A DNA stretch of 63,916 nucleotides, filler included, from Atractiella rhizophila (lineage: Eukaryota), in assembly GCA_021432655.1 (NCBI GenBank). It is 4 parts of 4 records of this genome, joined end to end, with 100 filler letters (N's around TTAATTAATTAA, not from the genome) between each part and the next. Parts side by side here need not be neighbours in the genome. Positions count along the whole stretch, not along the records: positions 1 to 26,982 come from MU271752.1; 3 more parts are not named here. One strand, written 5' to 3'. The translations under genes and the position numbers were made by a program. Below are positions 1-12,883 of the stretch, in pieces. Under the pieces are notes generated by a model that worked only from the letters and a program-made list of their open reading frames with translations, ran no database searches and was not told where the DNA came from. The first letter of the stretch is position 1, and every line of letters starts with the position of its first letter.

Positions 1-990
1 AAGGCGAGCTCAAGAGAAGTACCCAACAAATTTGTAGCCTTGATAGGCGAGCAAGTCCACCATAGTTGCCTCGCTTCCGACGTTGAAAAGGTAACAGAAG
101 AACTTGATGAGGAGAATCTCGAGGAAGAGAACTCCAATGGCCGTCGAACTTTTCGAGCCCATCATGGAAGGGTTAAACTTGCCTGAAAGGCCGGAGTGTA
201 GACCGGAGAGGAGGACATAAGTGGTGAGAGACATCACTGTCCCCTGTTGTCAGAAAGTAAGAGGGAACGAAGATGACCGAACGTGGAATATATAGGTCGG
301 GGGAGTTTATATCTTCTCGCGGCGGTTTGTAGCCCTCTGCCTGCCCTCCGGTCTCTGTGCGTCGGATTTGTCGCGCCCATGGTCTAAACCACTTTTCGTC
401 AATATTTAAGTTTCAACTGAGAAGAGCAGGCACACTTATGTCGCCATGGGAAGAGTACGAGCCGTATTTTTCGTGCTACGTAGAGGTTGGAGACGTTGAA
501 GGAGTGTTTGAGGTATGTGAGAGGAAGCCACTTCGTGAGCTACGTGTTCGCCTTAGAGGTGAGCATAAGCACAGAAGCAGCAACGCACATTTTTTTCAAC
601 GTATTCTTGCCCTGCGCCAATAGCGCTCCTCCCGAACTGCACACCCATGGCTGCAGTAGCATCATTCACTCCCCAAGCTCCGATTTGCGACTGCATCCAA
701 TCGCCGTATCCATGCTGCGAGGAATATTGGCCGCTGGGCTGGTTGGCGTAAGAGTGCTGCTGTGGCGAGATGTAGTGGGAGCCCTGATAGACGTAGCTCT
801 CCTGCTGCTGCTGGTTTGGTCCGTTGTAGAAGCCGTTTGAGGACGGCTCAGTGGGTGAGCTGAAGCGCTGGTAAGACGAAGCGCCATACTGACTTGGGGG
901 GGTGTCAGACGGTGGCGGTGGGCTGGTGCTAGGTATTTTGTAGGGCGGATGGGTGGGCTTAGGGTGCTGCAGCGGCGGTGGAGAGGCCAT
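1..990 (-). CDS. YIF1: Yif1/Hrf1 ER-Golgi transport membrane protein (3' end runs off the window)
   Basis: Pro-rich N-terminus MASPPPLQHP (ATG 990), AMGVQFGRSAIGAGQEYVEKN, and TM region SLTTYVLLSGL...LEILLIKFFCYLFNV...VDLLAYQGYKFV typical of Yif1; spliced. Confidence 0.9.
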
Positions 991-1081
991 AAGTGAGGAG
1001 TAGTCGATGGTTGTGGTTGTAATTTCGCAGGGACTCAGAGTTGACGAAACGACCAACACGTCGCGCTCGCGGAGCAGCACA

Positions 1082-3002
1082 ATGTTCAACCAACGATATT
1101 CCACACAGGGAATCCATGCCCAACTCCATGCTGATATAGGTCTGTCCACCTCCTCAAGTATTATCCACTCACAACTTTACAGACAGAGCTTGCAATCCGA
1201 TGAGGTCGCAGCCAGATCTCGCACTCAACTTGGAAATCGCGTGAGTGTTTACTGTGGTATCTGGGAATCCAGACGCTTACTGGACATGTATGATAGCGAT
1301 TTCGTAAATCAGAAGAAGGCTAATGCGTACGAGCTCCTCCGTAACCCCCAAATTCCACTCATTCAAGCTGAAGGGTAGCCCTCGAGAAGCATGCTTTCAT
1401 GTCGTCGAATTAATCAACAACCGTGATCAGCATGTCTCTATGCTCTCTCTCACTCTGCTCGACATCCTAGTTAAAAACTGCTCCTATCCCGTGCACCTTC
1501 AAATCGCAACGAAGGACTTTCTCAACGAGCTCGTTCGTCGTTTCCCAGAGAAACCTCCGGCCTTTCCTCCTCCACCGATGGCCAAAATTCTCGAGATGAT
1601 ACATGAGTGGAAGAACACGCTCTGCGTCAGTAGCAAGCATAAGGAGGATTTGGTACATATTCGGGATATGCACAGGCTGTTAGGATACAAAGGTGAGCGG
1701 ATCGCTAATCTAATTCAGGAAGTCGTGACACAAAGAGCTTTAAGGATATCGCTTTCCAACATTTGACCGGAGAAGTGCTGGCGTGCTTAATCCTGCGGAC
1801 AGTTTAAAAACCCCTGACGAGTTAGAGGAGGAAGATCGGGCGGCACAGTCTGCGAAACTGCAGGAGCTCATTCGTCGCGGCACTCCAAAGGATCTACAGG
1901 CTGCTCAGGAGCTGATGAAGGTTATGGCTGGCGCCGTCAGTATACCTTTATTTGTTTCAAGTTCTTCTCTGATTGGGCACGGCAGGACACGTCAAAACGA
2001 CCAGATTACGCTTCTCAGACGTCAAAAGAATTGGACAAGATACAAAATCGTGTTTTGGTGCTGAACGAGATGTTGGACAATGCTACACAAAACGAAAAGT
2101 TTGTGGAAGGTGATGCTTATGACGTGCGTACCTCCAACTACCGCAGATCGAAACCTGAATCCAGTTTCATAAACAGCAAGTCGCAAAGAAATGTCGACAG
2201 GTACAACCCAAGATTCAGCAATGGATAGGCGATGCAGCTGAAAATGATCCCGACAGCATGGGTGACTGAAACTTCCCGATCTGCAGAGTTGTGATTGATT
2301 CCCTTTCAGATAGGTTGCTTATGATAAACGACCTAATCAACAATATCCTTCAGAGGTACGAATCTTTTAAGAAGGGGGATCGTTCCGTAACGGCAGAAGT
2401 CATGCCCAAGTGGGTCGATCTCACTTGCCCGCCTTAGCTTTCTGACCTATTCACCAAGTGCTGCTGCCTCTACGAGCAAGAGCAAAGAAGTCTCTTTAAT
2501 CGATTTCGACGACTTTGAGGCACAACCGGCTACATCCAACCCTGGCCCCAGTGCTGTTCCTAGTAACAGTGGGTTGTCGTCACTCTTAGATCTCGACCCC
2601 TCTTTTGCGACAAGTTCACCAGTAAATTCCAACGTCCTGAATCAGACAAACAAGGCATCTTCCCCACTGTCTACGATTAACTGGAATGCGACGTCTGCCC
2701 CGCCTATCCCGTCACTGATAGCAACTCCAACTTCATTCAATTCCATCTCGTCATCCCAACCTAATTTCTTCCCAACCATGGATCTTCTTGGAGAAAGTGG
2801 TGGTGGTATTCGTTTGCCGAGTCGAGTAAACACACCTATGAACGGAAGCGCCCTCTCCAGTCCACAACTTGCCGCGCTGGGCTCTACTTCGACAAGCCCG
2901 TTGACACAGAACCAGGCCACCTCGAGCTCCTCTCGGCCAATTCAGCAGACAGCTCAGAAGCAGTCAGACCCATTTGGGGATCTGCTCGATCTCAAATTCT
3001 AG
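1082..3002 (+). CDS. GGA-type VHS+GAT clathrin adaptor, no C-terminal GAE domain
   Basis: VHS (RACNP..PDLALNLEIA; LLDILVKNCSYPVHLQIATKDFLNELVRRFPE), GAT (AQSAKLQELIRRGTPKDLQAAQELMKVMAG), then S/P-rich tail ending DPFGDLLDLKF*; multiple short introns. Confidence 0.88.
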
Positions 3003-3253
3003 CGTCAGAGGTTTGCAATGGCTGGAACCACAGGGGCGTTGTATTTAGATGGCAGCATTACTTTGCGGGGAAGTATATAAATCATTTTGGAAGCATATTT
3101 CCTCTCGGGATAGTTAGAGAGGTCTGGGTCAGATCGTCCACAGACTGTAACAGGTTTGATTGCAGCGCATTCATGAATAGCCCTCGCAAGCTGCCCAAAC
3201 ACACCCATAATACAGAATATGCTGGTACGATAATGCGTTGTCTAGTAGCTCGT

Positions 3254-4958
3254 CTAGTGGTGTAGCTCTCCCTTCGCATCAGCCTCAGCAACCATACCCA
3301 AGATTTTGACTTGCTCCGCGACATTCTTGAGCACTGTCTCATTACGTTAGCACTTGGCATCGAGCTGTCAACTCCTCGTACCCGCAATAACACTTTTGTT
3401 CCCATCAATCCATCCCATTGCTTTATACTCTAACGCGTCCCCTTTGTAGCCGAATTGGGCATCCTCTCGTCTCACTTGTTCACACCATTCTACTAGTAAG
3501 GACCTCACTTTCCGCAGATTGTGTCGTGGTATCCGAGGAAAGAGATGATGCGAGACCTGCATGTGCAGACCACCGTGAAGGAAATCGAGATAGCGAGGAC
3601 AATCAACGTCCATGGTTGTGCGCAGTTGACGGGACGGGAAGGATTCGAGAAGTCCAGGGTCTTCCGTCGGTTGCGAATAATGTGAAAGGAGGATCTGGCG
3701 ATGACTCTTGGAACAGGCAATTATGGTGGACCACAAGAACTCACCTGCACGTGCACTGGGCTGGCTGTGATGAAAGCGAGAAAACCGAACAGCCATCGTG
3801 TTCCTACAGTTGGTAGGTGACCTACGACTCCGTAGCCCCACCACAGCCAGAACAAGGAGAGCGCCAAAAGTTCAAGGAACAGCAATTTTCGTGGCAGTCC
3901 TTGAACGTGGCGATTCTTGAAGAGGAATACATATGAGTTAGCAAATAGGTTGACGCGAGCGACGGCAAGAATAAAATAGTATGATTTATGCCTTCGGTTG
4001 GTTAGTGTCAGCATGAGAGGGGAACAGAAACTACATACTGCATGCGCACCATAATTCTAGACACACTGTCGAAAGTCATTGCACGCTTGTAATAAGTTGA
4101 CCACATAGAGTTAAAGAATTTCGTAGATAGTGCAAAGAACGGAATATGTTGTATATCAGGGTCGTGCTCTGGATGGTTTGTGACGAGGTGATGCACGTTG
4201 TGATTCTGGGGAAAACTCTCAAAGAATTGCACAGATGAGACAACGGAGGAACCTACATCACACCACCAACCAATACTGAGACCCCCTATGAAATCAGCAA
4301 TAAATATTCCCCATAGTCGGTCTTTGTACCAGTCGCCAGTTATGCCGGTGTGACCAGCGTCGTGAGCGATAAAGGTAAGCTGATGCCAGAAGAGTCCAAA
4401 GAATATGCCTGCAAAACCAACGCTGCCAAATTGACTCCAGCTTTTAAGGGGAGCTCTCTGGGCGGTAATGTAAAAGTAGATGGAAATGGACAGAAGGATT
4501 GAGAGTCGGATGAGGTCGTTTCCATAGCCCCGAAAGATATCAGTCCGGGTGAGCAACCCAAGATCTGTGACCTTTCGCTTGAACTTTCGGAAGCTCTTTG
4601 CTACCCTTTGCTCTCGCTCCATACTCAGGCTCGTGGAATGCCATGGCGGCAGCTCCAGGTCCACTCTCCCGGCGTTTTGAATAGGTGGAACCAGCGGCAC
4701 CCATCCTTCTTCTGCGAGCGTTCCAATGGTCCACTTGGCCATCCGGTACTCGATTGTGTGCGACGTATGATATGCCTCAATTTCGTCCGTTGCATCTCGC
4801 CCAATAAAGTGAAGAATAGCGAGATTCCCTCCAGGGTGGTGGGCGAGCCATGATTGGGGAACCTTGTAGACCTTTGTATGGTGCACCACAAGCAGCTCAC
4901 CGCGGGAGACCCGTTCCTTCACTTCCTCTCTGCTAATCAACTTGGGGTCTCCAGCCAT
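3254..4958 (-). CDS. Cytochrome b5-fused sphingolipid delta-8 desaturase
   Basis: HPGG b5 motif; His boxes HDAGH, HNVHH, QVSHH; last exon VLKNVAEQVKILGMVAEADAKGELHH* (stop 3254). Confidence 0.93.
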
Positions 4959-5154
4959 GATTACCTTGGTCTCCTCTTGGATATTTAATTTGAAATGAAA
5001 CGTTGAACGTGAACATTATCTCAGCTGGCGACTGCGGAGACATAGGGTTATCGGGAATCTCAGGCTGAGGCTTTCTGTTTTTTCTTTTGACAGCCTTTCC
5101 CTTGTTCTGCTGAGGTTCAGACTTGAAGCATCCCCTCAGATATTCATTTCCAGG

Positions 5155-5683
5155 ATGGATTCTATAACAGTCCGCACCCGCCAATTCCTTACGAATCGCC
5201 TCCTCGCGCGCAAGCAGATGGTGGTCGACGTTCTCCATCCGACTCGAGCAAACGCTTCCAAGGACGAGGTACGGGACAAGCTCGCGGCGATGTACAAGGC
5301 TCCTAAGGACAACGTCATTTGCTTCGGTTTCCGAACGCAGTTTGGAGGGGGCAAAACAACTGGGTTCGCATTGATTTATGATTCGAAGGAGGCGGCTTTG
5401 AAGTTCGAGCCCAAATACCGGCTCATCAGGGTACGCTCTTCTCTCACTCACTTTGTACACTGGAACAGGGTTGATGTAAATGAGGGATTGTTAGTTTGGT
5501 ATGGCGGAGAAGAAGGATAAGACTGCAAGGAAGCTGAGGAAAGAGAGGAAGAACAGGGCTAAGAAGTTTAGGGGTACCAAAAAGTCCAAGGCTTCGGAGG
5601 CTCAGAAGAAGGGTGAGATTTTCCTTTGGTAACAGCCCCGAGTGGATACTGATATCTGAGCATGGATTTTAGGCAAGAAGTAA
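5155..5683 (+). CDS. RPS24: 40S ribosomal protein eS24
   Basis: [25 protein letters not shown]...[20 protein letters not shown]...EPKYRL; second exon [17 protein letters not shown]; tiny last exon GKK*. Confidence 0.97.
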
Positions 5684-6773
5684 AGCTCGCTCCGACTATC
5701 GCGATCTCCTCCCTCTCATGCACCTCCTCCATCTGCAACTGCATTTCTATGGCACATGCAATTATTTCATGTTCAAAAAAAGCCATCTCAACGTGATCAT
5801 GATCAGAGCAAACCAATTTGAAAGACTGAATGGGATGTCTTTAGGAGTAGTATATAAGGTTGTGGTTGGCATCATGGAAGTGGGCTTGTTGGCAAGCGGA
5901 GGTCTGATTAGTAACTAAGGGCCGGAAAGGAAGAGAGAGCTGGCGAACACTCCCACTCTGACGACTCCTTTACTCTGATTCCAGCTCAGAGTGTCTTAAT
6001 GCGCTCAGAAGTGACAGATGTGCGAGAGTGACCAAAAGGTCCGTGCATGAAAGGATGAAACATGCTCACACAAGTTCAATTCTCAAAACAATGTCATTTT
6101 AGCAAAGCTACAATCTTGCTTTCTACGGCACTTGCATCCATAGCGCCGTCGAGCGACGCTTGCTTCTCGACACCGTTTTCTAACACCGCGTTTAAATGAT
6201 TACCACCTTGACCCATGCACCAAAGAGAGGACAAACCGAATCGTGCCCACACGCGTGGAGGGGTGCCGTGTGCTTCTCGAATGAGGATCTTGAGGTCAGG
6301 ATTTGCGGTCTTGATTGGAAGGTAGGAAGACTGAATGAAAGCACTATCGTTCGCAGAGAGTCAACGAGGGTGTAACCAGTACTTGAAATGACAAACCGAA
6401 CGCCAGCTGATGCCGGAGAAGTCTGGCAACCGTGCAGCCGGAGCTCTTTGAGTGCTGTTGGAAGTGCCTTGCGAAGGATTGATGTCTGTCGATTAATACA
6501 AGTTAAAAGCTCGTCAAACTAAACAGAACGGCATTCACCATTGCGTGCAGCCTTGAAACAGATTCTTTGAGGGTAATAAAGTGCTCAATAAAGTAGTGGC
6601 CAAGGTGCAAGTTCTTCCTCTGCTCGGTCGGAAATCGCTGGGACAAACCTAACCAACAACAACAACACCTTCACTGTGACTGCCCGTTTGTTTGATGCTG
6701 GGAGCACAACCATAGCTTAAGAGGGTAAGCGTTGGTTCTCAGTGTCTCTAGCTCTAACGGCCCTCCTGTCAGT

Positions 6774-7810
6774 ATGGACTGTCAGGAGGAGTTTAGCTCG
6801 GACGGCGAATCCTCGAGGGCTATGATTTGGAAGCAGGAGAACGAGTTACTCGAGCGATACAAGTCCCTCCCTCCCGCCGCTTCTCCTCGCTTAGGCGGTA
6901 CGCCTTCTTCGTCCTCTTCCACACATTCTACTCGAAAACGACCCTCGACCAAGGAACCAAGCTCAAGCAACGATCGGCCGTACAAGCGCGTGAGGTCACT
7001 GAACAGCGTCAGTTTGCTGGATGTGGATCAGGAGGATGAGTGGTCACGAATGAGACAGAGCAATAGGGAGGGAGGAGATTGTTTCAGGCTTCTGGGTGAG
7101 CTTATGATGAAACAGAATAAGGAAAAGGGGAAGGCGAAAGTGAAGGGGGAAGGGCGGATGAGGAGAACAACAAGCGAAACCGAGTTTGGGTTCCAAGGTC
7201 TCAGGAACAGCAATGTGGAAGAACGCATGGAGCCACAGGGGAAGAGAGTGGTGGACGTTCTGCAAGAAGCTTCTCAAGTCAGTGAAGGGTCGAAAACGCA
7301 GGAGGTGGGTCAGCTTTCGTTCTGTAGTTCGCGTATTGAACGGGCTGTGTAAAGTGTCTTCACCGCGAAACATCTCTTACATTCGAGCAGCCTATCAAAA
7401 CAAAGCCAAAACCCAGCAACGACGGGATCCCAAGACTCAAAGCCAAAGCGACCGCGCCAACCAAGCGGACCTTCGATGTTTCTCTGGATTCTCTTCCAAA
7501 ACAGAAATCTCCGAATACCAACATGAACAAGCGACTTCACAAAGGATCAAAACCTCCTAATTCAAAGAAGGTCCAAGCTCCTCCTACCAGACAGCCATCT
7601 GCCCCAAACGCTCAGGTGGTCGCCGATCTGGTTCAGAGCAATCATCAGACTGTTTCGCCTGTCCAGCGGAGACCGACTGCTTCAATGGTTCAAGTTACAC
7701 CTAAACCCGTTGTGTCGAATGACTCCAATTCGACAAAGAAGCAGCCGAATCCTTTAGACGAGTTCTTGGATTTACTCGACGCGGATATACTCGATGATGA
7801 TTTTCTCTAA
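6774..7810 (+). CDS. Hypothetical low-complexity protein
   Basis: Two ORFs joined in frame by a GTGGGT...AAAG intron near 7305-7354; acidic C-terminus PLDEFLDLLDADILDDDFL*. Confidence 0.6.
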
Positions 7811-8154
7811 CAATCCGTTCCGTTCGATCAAGGTGCCACCTTTTAACTTTTATATCTTGCATCATCGTACTCTCAGTTATACCAGTTCGCTTGTGTATTC
7901 AGTGACTTTCTATTGTTCGATTCTTCAAACGCACTCTATTAAACTGCAATGCAAGCTAGGTTGAACTAGTCCTACAAAAATAAAGCGTGTACATCCACAT
8001 AAATCCAGGAGTAAGTAGTAGTACAGACTGATATCAACTGTGGAACGACATGCTTCTAACTGCTAATCCTTACAATTTACGACCAAGCGAGTTCCAAATC
8101 ATTACGCACTGATCGTTAAAGGGGCGTCACACAAACAAAACTCCCACAAAGGAT

Positions 8155-9413
8155 TCAAGCCGCAGCGAGACCAGCAGCGAGCGCTCTCCACCGCCTGGCT
8201 CTTTCCATTGAATTCGCTCGTACCCTCCTCGAGAGTCCTCTGGCCTTCTCCTCCAGGGCAGTCCAATTGATCTTCTCCAATTCCTTGCTCAGAGTGTCCG
8301 CAAACCGAGGAGCGAAAGCGCGGTGCTGTCGGATGGCAAGAGACCGTGCGACCACACGTCGGGGAACTGTAATGAAGATGCGCTCTGTCGGTTGGGGATC
8401 GACAACACACTCGCTGAGCTTTCGTTTCCGCTTCAGGAGACCACGAAGAGCATTCTTGAACCACCAGAAGTGGAGCATGAGAGCTGCTCCGAAGAAGAGA
8501 GTGATTTGATAATCCTTGAGCGAATTTGCTGGATAGTCCCGCCGAGAGTGCGAGCGTCCATAAGGAGTAGAGTACTACAGATATCATCAGGATAATTCGT
8601 ACGCTGAAAAGGAGAAAACACGCCAAAATCATTACTAGAATGTGAAAGGCCACTCGGGTGAGGAAGAACGAAGTGCTGCATATGCATGAGATACGCTTGA
8701 TGGACAAAGGTTGTTCACTTACGCGAATCCCATTTCACGGGTAAGAAGCCACTTGTGCTTGCTGACTGGTGAAACTAGCGCATTTCGCGGCCAGAAGTTC
8801 GAGAGTGCGAGGATCACGGTTGGAAACTAGCAATGGGATTTCAACGATGTTTGAGAGTGAGCAAGTGGGATCGAACGAACCTCCATGACAGAAACCAGGA
8901 GAAAAATGGTTCCCCAGCCTTTGCTGTGGATGTAAGGTACGAGCAAAGCATCTTAAGTTCTCGGTTGGTGACTTGTCCTGGGTTTGGGTTAGAACAGACT
9001 TACAAAAAATGTGATGCCCCCATCCAGTAGCTTTGGTCAATGGGTAGAAGGAGAAGCTGAAGAGAATATCGGTGTATAGATATGCGACAAAGAATGACAG
9101 GACAAAGGCTTCGAGTCTAGGCCTTGATTGAAGGAGGGCAATGTCTCCATGCGCGAGAAAGTCAAAGACGGCAGGAAGCGATCCGACAGTCATCACACAA
9201 GCGCTCAGGCTGCGAAAGAAAGCAGTCATCAGTGCGATGCTTAGGAGTTTGTAGGACGTACAAAGTTGGAATCCAGCTCTTCCTCCGTTGGTAGAGTTTC
9301 GAGCTGTCTTCATCAATCGCCAGTGGCTTCAAGAAGCTCCTCGATATCATGAAAGCGGTCCAAATGAACAGGATCGAGCAGAAGAAGTAATCGTTATCTA
9401 CGAGCAAGAACAT
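8155..9413 (-). CDS. TLC (TRAM/LAG1/CLN8) domain membrane protein
   Basis: Hydrophobic exons with KSWIPT..SACVMTVGSLP, FFVAYLYTD, GWGHH, FFLTRVAFH, MLHFWWF; start could be 9413 or further upstream. Confidence 0.8.
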
Positions 9414-10656
9414 CTCGACGAATGGCCTTGTCCGACAATCGTAAAGTAGACCTGGGCAAAGGGAGCCTCTCGCGTCGAGTTGGCTCAAAAGGGAAACGAG
9501 GAAACAACGTTCCTTGAGTGGCAAAAGCGCGGAAAAACTCCTGCCACCAGGAACGTGCGCGCTAAGTCCTGAGGGGCCTGGATGCTCCTTCTTTAGGGTG
9601 TCCGATGGGTGTGCATGACTTGGGTCCATTAGAAAGAAAGAGAGAAGTTGTCTGCACGACACTGCAACACTTTGGATTTTGCTGGAACGCGTAAAGAAGC
9701 GCGTATTTTCAATCGTGTTAGAGCGGGAAGAAGACAGATCTCGGCGGGGATACAAATTACATTACGTCACCTCATAGATGCCTCGGTATCTTGAAAAGTT
9801 TCCTGAACGACGCAATCATCATTAGTATGTGAGCTGATGAGAGCACCTCATGGTCATCAGCAGAAACTGGGGTAAGAAGCTCCGACAAACGGTTCAACAA
9901 TACTCGGTACTCAGTTACATTAGTGAACCTTTTGCCCCGGTTATGGTCACACACAACAACTTTGCTTTGATTATTGTGATAGCCACATGTGATTATCATA
10001 ATATGATTGATTGTGAATGTGGATCAACACCGATCGAGCTGGATCAAGCACCTCAGTGGGCTCAGTGAGGTAAGGTGAAAGAAAGCTCGGAGGAAGCAGG
10101 ATGAAGTGAGATCGCATGTCCTATGCAGCCCTGACCCTAGTCGGAGTTAACGATGCGTGAAACACTCGCCACCCGTCTCACACAACAACGACCACTCACA
10201 CCAGAGACTTTCAAGGCAAAGCAAGATTACAGTGGGCATCCCACACGCGCTCTAGTCGACACTCCGCCAGGGAGACAGTCCGACGCCCGCGATTTCTCAG
10301 AACTAAACATACATTCCCACCTCCATCAAATCCGACCCTCTCCATATCGACGATGATACACCTCCCCAGGGACTGCTAACAAAGGTCTTCCGAGGCTGCA
10401 ACACACATACGGTGTGTCCAATCGATATATCTGCACTTTTTCAACAAGAGTTTCCACGGTGGGACAAATTTTTCTGTATCGGGTCTCCTCCCATCGCATC
10501 CGCAACTACAACATTCACATACCCAGTCAGCAACCAACTAGCACTTCCCTTACTTCCATCCACCGATCGACCAGATTGCCAAATTCTAGCTGAACCCTCG
10601 AATCGTTTGCCTCCAACCTTTCCAGAAACTCAACCCCGCATCATCCTACATCCACC

Positions 10657-11852
10657 ATGTCCTATTTTATCCCCGCCCCGTCACTTTGTCCCGTCTCCTC
10701 TGTCTCCACTGCATCCTCCGATTCATCGTCAACCTCCATCTCTTCGGAAGAGGGAGTTGACGAGCCTCCCGACAATTTCAATAGGGCAGACCGCTCTCCT
10801 TATTCCCCCTTATTCCTGTCACCCTACCTTAATCCTCGACTTTTCTCCGTCCTCACGTCATCGCCCCCCAAACGTGCCACGCAGAGCCAACCCGTTCTTC
10901 CCATTCTCTGTCAGAAGTCATCTACTCCTAGTCTCTCTTCCATCGGAAGGAGAACGAAAGACAAGATCAGGAAGTCTGTCCGATTCAGTGGCTCAACGGA
11001 GAATGTGACTGCAGAGTTCGAGGAACCTGGGAGAGAAGGACTTGGAGACGTTGTTGCAACTGTCTGGATGACATGGAGTGGGGAGATTTATGACAGGACC
11101 CCCATCGGTCAGTGAACCTTTCATTGCGTTCTTGAGCTTATGGTGGATGAGTTTGTAGAGCCTTCCGAATGCCTTGACATGCCAAAAAGAGACGAAGAAA
11201 AGTGTCTTTGGATTAAGTGGGCATGGCCGCTATATGAACTGAAAGGTGCTAACTGAACTCTAGAGCGTTTCAACGTGAATCTGCTCGAAAGGCTGAATTG
11301 GCGAAAGCTAAAGCCCTCGGTTCTCCTACCTCCACTCCCGCTCCCACCTCCTACGAGGAACCGCTGCCTATGAGGTGCAGATTTGTTGCCGCAGCGAGTA
11401 TGGCGAGGGAATTTATCGGTCGAAGGAGGTACGCTGAAAACGAGAAAGAAGCCAAGAACGTGCCCGTTAGTCCTGCTTTGAGCAACCAGATGGATCTTCC
11501 CACTGCCACGGAGGAAGTCGTCGATATGCAAGGAGTTACGGACGAGATGGTACAAGAAGATGAAGACGAGACTCATGACGAAACCCGAACTGTGGAGGAT
11601 GATTCCGAGGGAAGTGACGAGGAGGTGGTGGACAAAGAAGTTGATGCGCCATTCACGTACGCCATCACGACCATCTCGCACGAAAACACGAACGAGAGGA
11701 AGGATACTAAGGACATTCCTCTGAGTCCCAAAGGTTCTCCCGATCAGAAGGAGAAATGCAAAGAGAGGAAGGCCCGATTTGGAATGTGTGGCATGGGCAA
11801 GTGGACCAGAAACGAGGTTTACTCCAGCTGCGACGCCCTCGGAGGCTTCTAA
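10657..11852 (+). CDS. Disordered protein with candidate PP1-docking motif (RKSVRF...TWSGEIYDR)
   Basis: Three exons in consistent frame; Ser-rich N-terminus, acidic middle, C-terminal CDALGGF*. Confidence 0.7.
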
Positions 11853-12883
11853 TCCGCTTGCATCACGACCACCGATTGTCCATTCACCTACGAGTTTTCA
11901 ACAATTTCCCTTTATAGAATTCCTCTCCAATGCTGCCAATTTCCTCGATTCTCCCTCATCCTCTGTCTCAACGGGTCGTCCTCTTTTGATCTTTCTCCTC
12001 TTTCCGAGTGGAACACCTTCAGATTCGTACTACACTTCACCCTCACGTCCTTCATTGTCACGGCAACGCTCCCGCCACCTGGACTCTTGCAACAGTTGTT
12101 TCACCTTCCAGATTCGGTATTCCCATCAGTAGCAAGCGTCTTAGGTCTAACAGCGAGCGTTTTCTACCAACCCGCACACGGAATTGTCGTCCCCTACACT
12201 ATCGAATGCCAAGAAGATGTGAATATGCTTATCCTTTGATTTTTCTGAACACTCTTATTATAGCGTCGTTTTTACACCAAAGTTCGTTTGCGTCTTGTTA
12301 ACCTCAATCCTCAATTCGTGTCTGTCCAATCAAACTCAGAACTCTCTTTATCGGCCTCCTCCTTTGAAAGAAACGTCCTGTCCTTTCGTGGCTAAGATCA
12401 TCTTTCTCGGTCAACGCCCATACTTATTCCCTCATCACATTTCTATTTGTCATCGATCGTAATATTTCTCCGCCGGGCGTTGGCATTTATATATTTGTTG
12501 TCTCTTTCATGGGGTGGAGGCCCCAATCCATACATCAATGAAGTTTCTTGCGGTATCTCCTCTTCTTTGATCTCGGGGAAGCAAGCCTTTCTGAGGCAAG
12601 CCCTTCTTTCCCTTTTAAATTCGAATTCTGGTAAGACGGGCTAGATACTGAAACTGCTGCCTCTCTTGTTTTGTAACGACCGAATCCAACTAATGGAATG
12701 CCTGTATCTGCTTATTCAACAAGCTGTCGGTAGAATGAAAGCAAGGAATTAACATGTAAGGAAACATTTGCTTGATTTGAATTTGAGATGATGGTACAAT
12801 GTAAACCAAGGATAGTGCAGAAACGAGTCCTCAACACAGAACTGAACTGTGAACCTATCACGCATGTTTAACCAGAACAGATT

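Noticed and set aside
5700..6770. 1-kb intergenic region as possible snoRNA/tRNA locus
   Set aside because: No convincing paired C/D boxes, H/ACA architecture or cloverleaf found by eye
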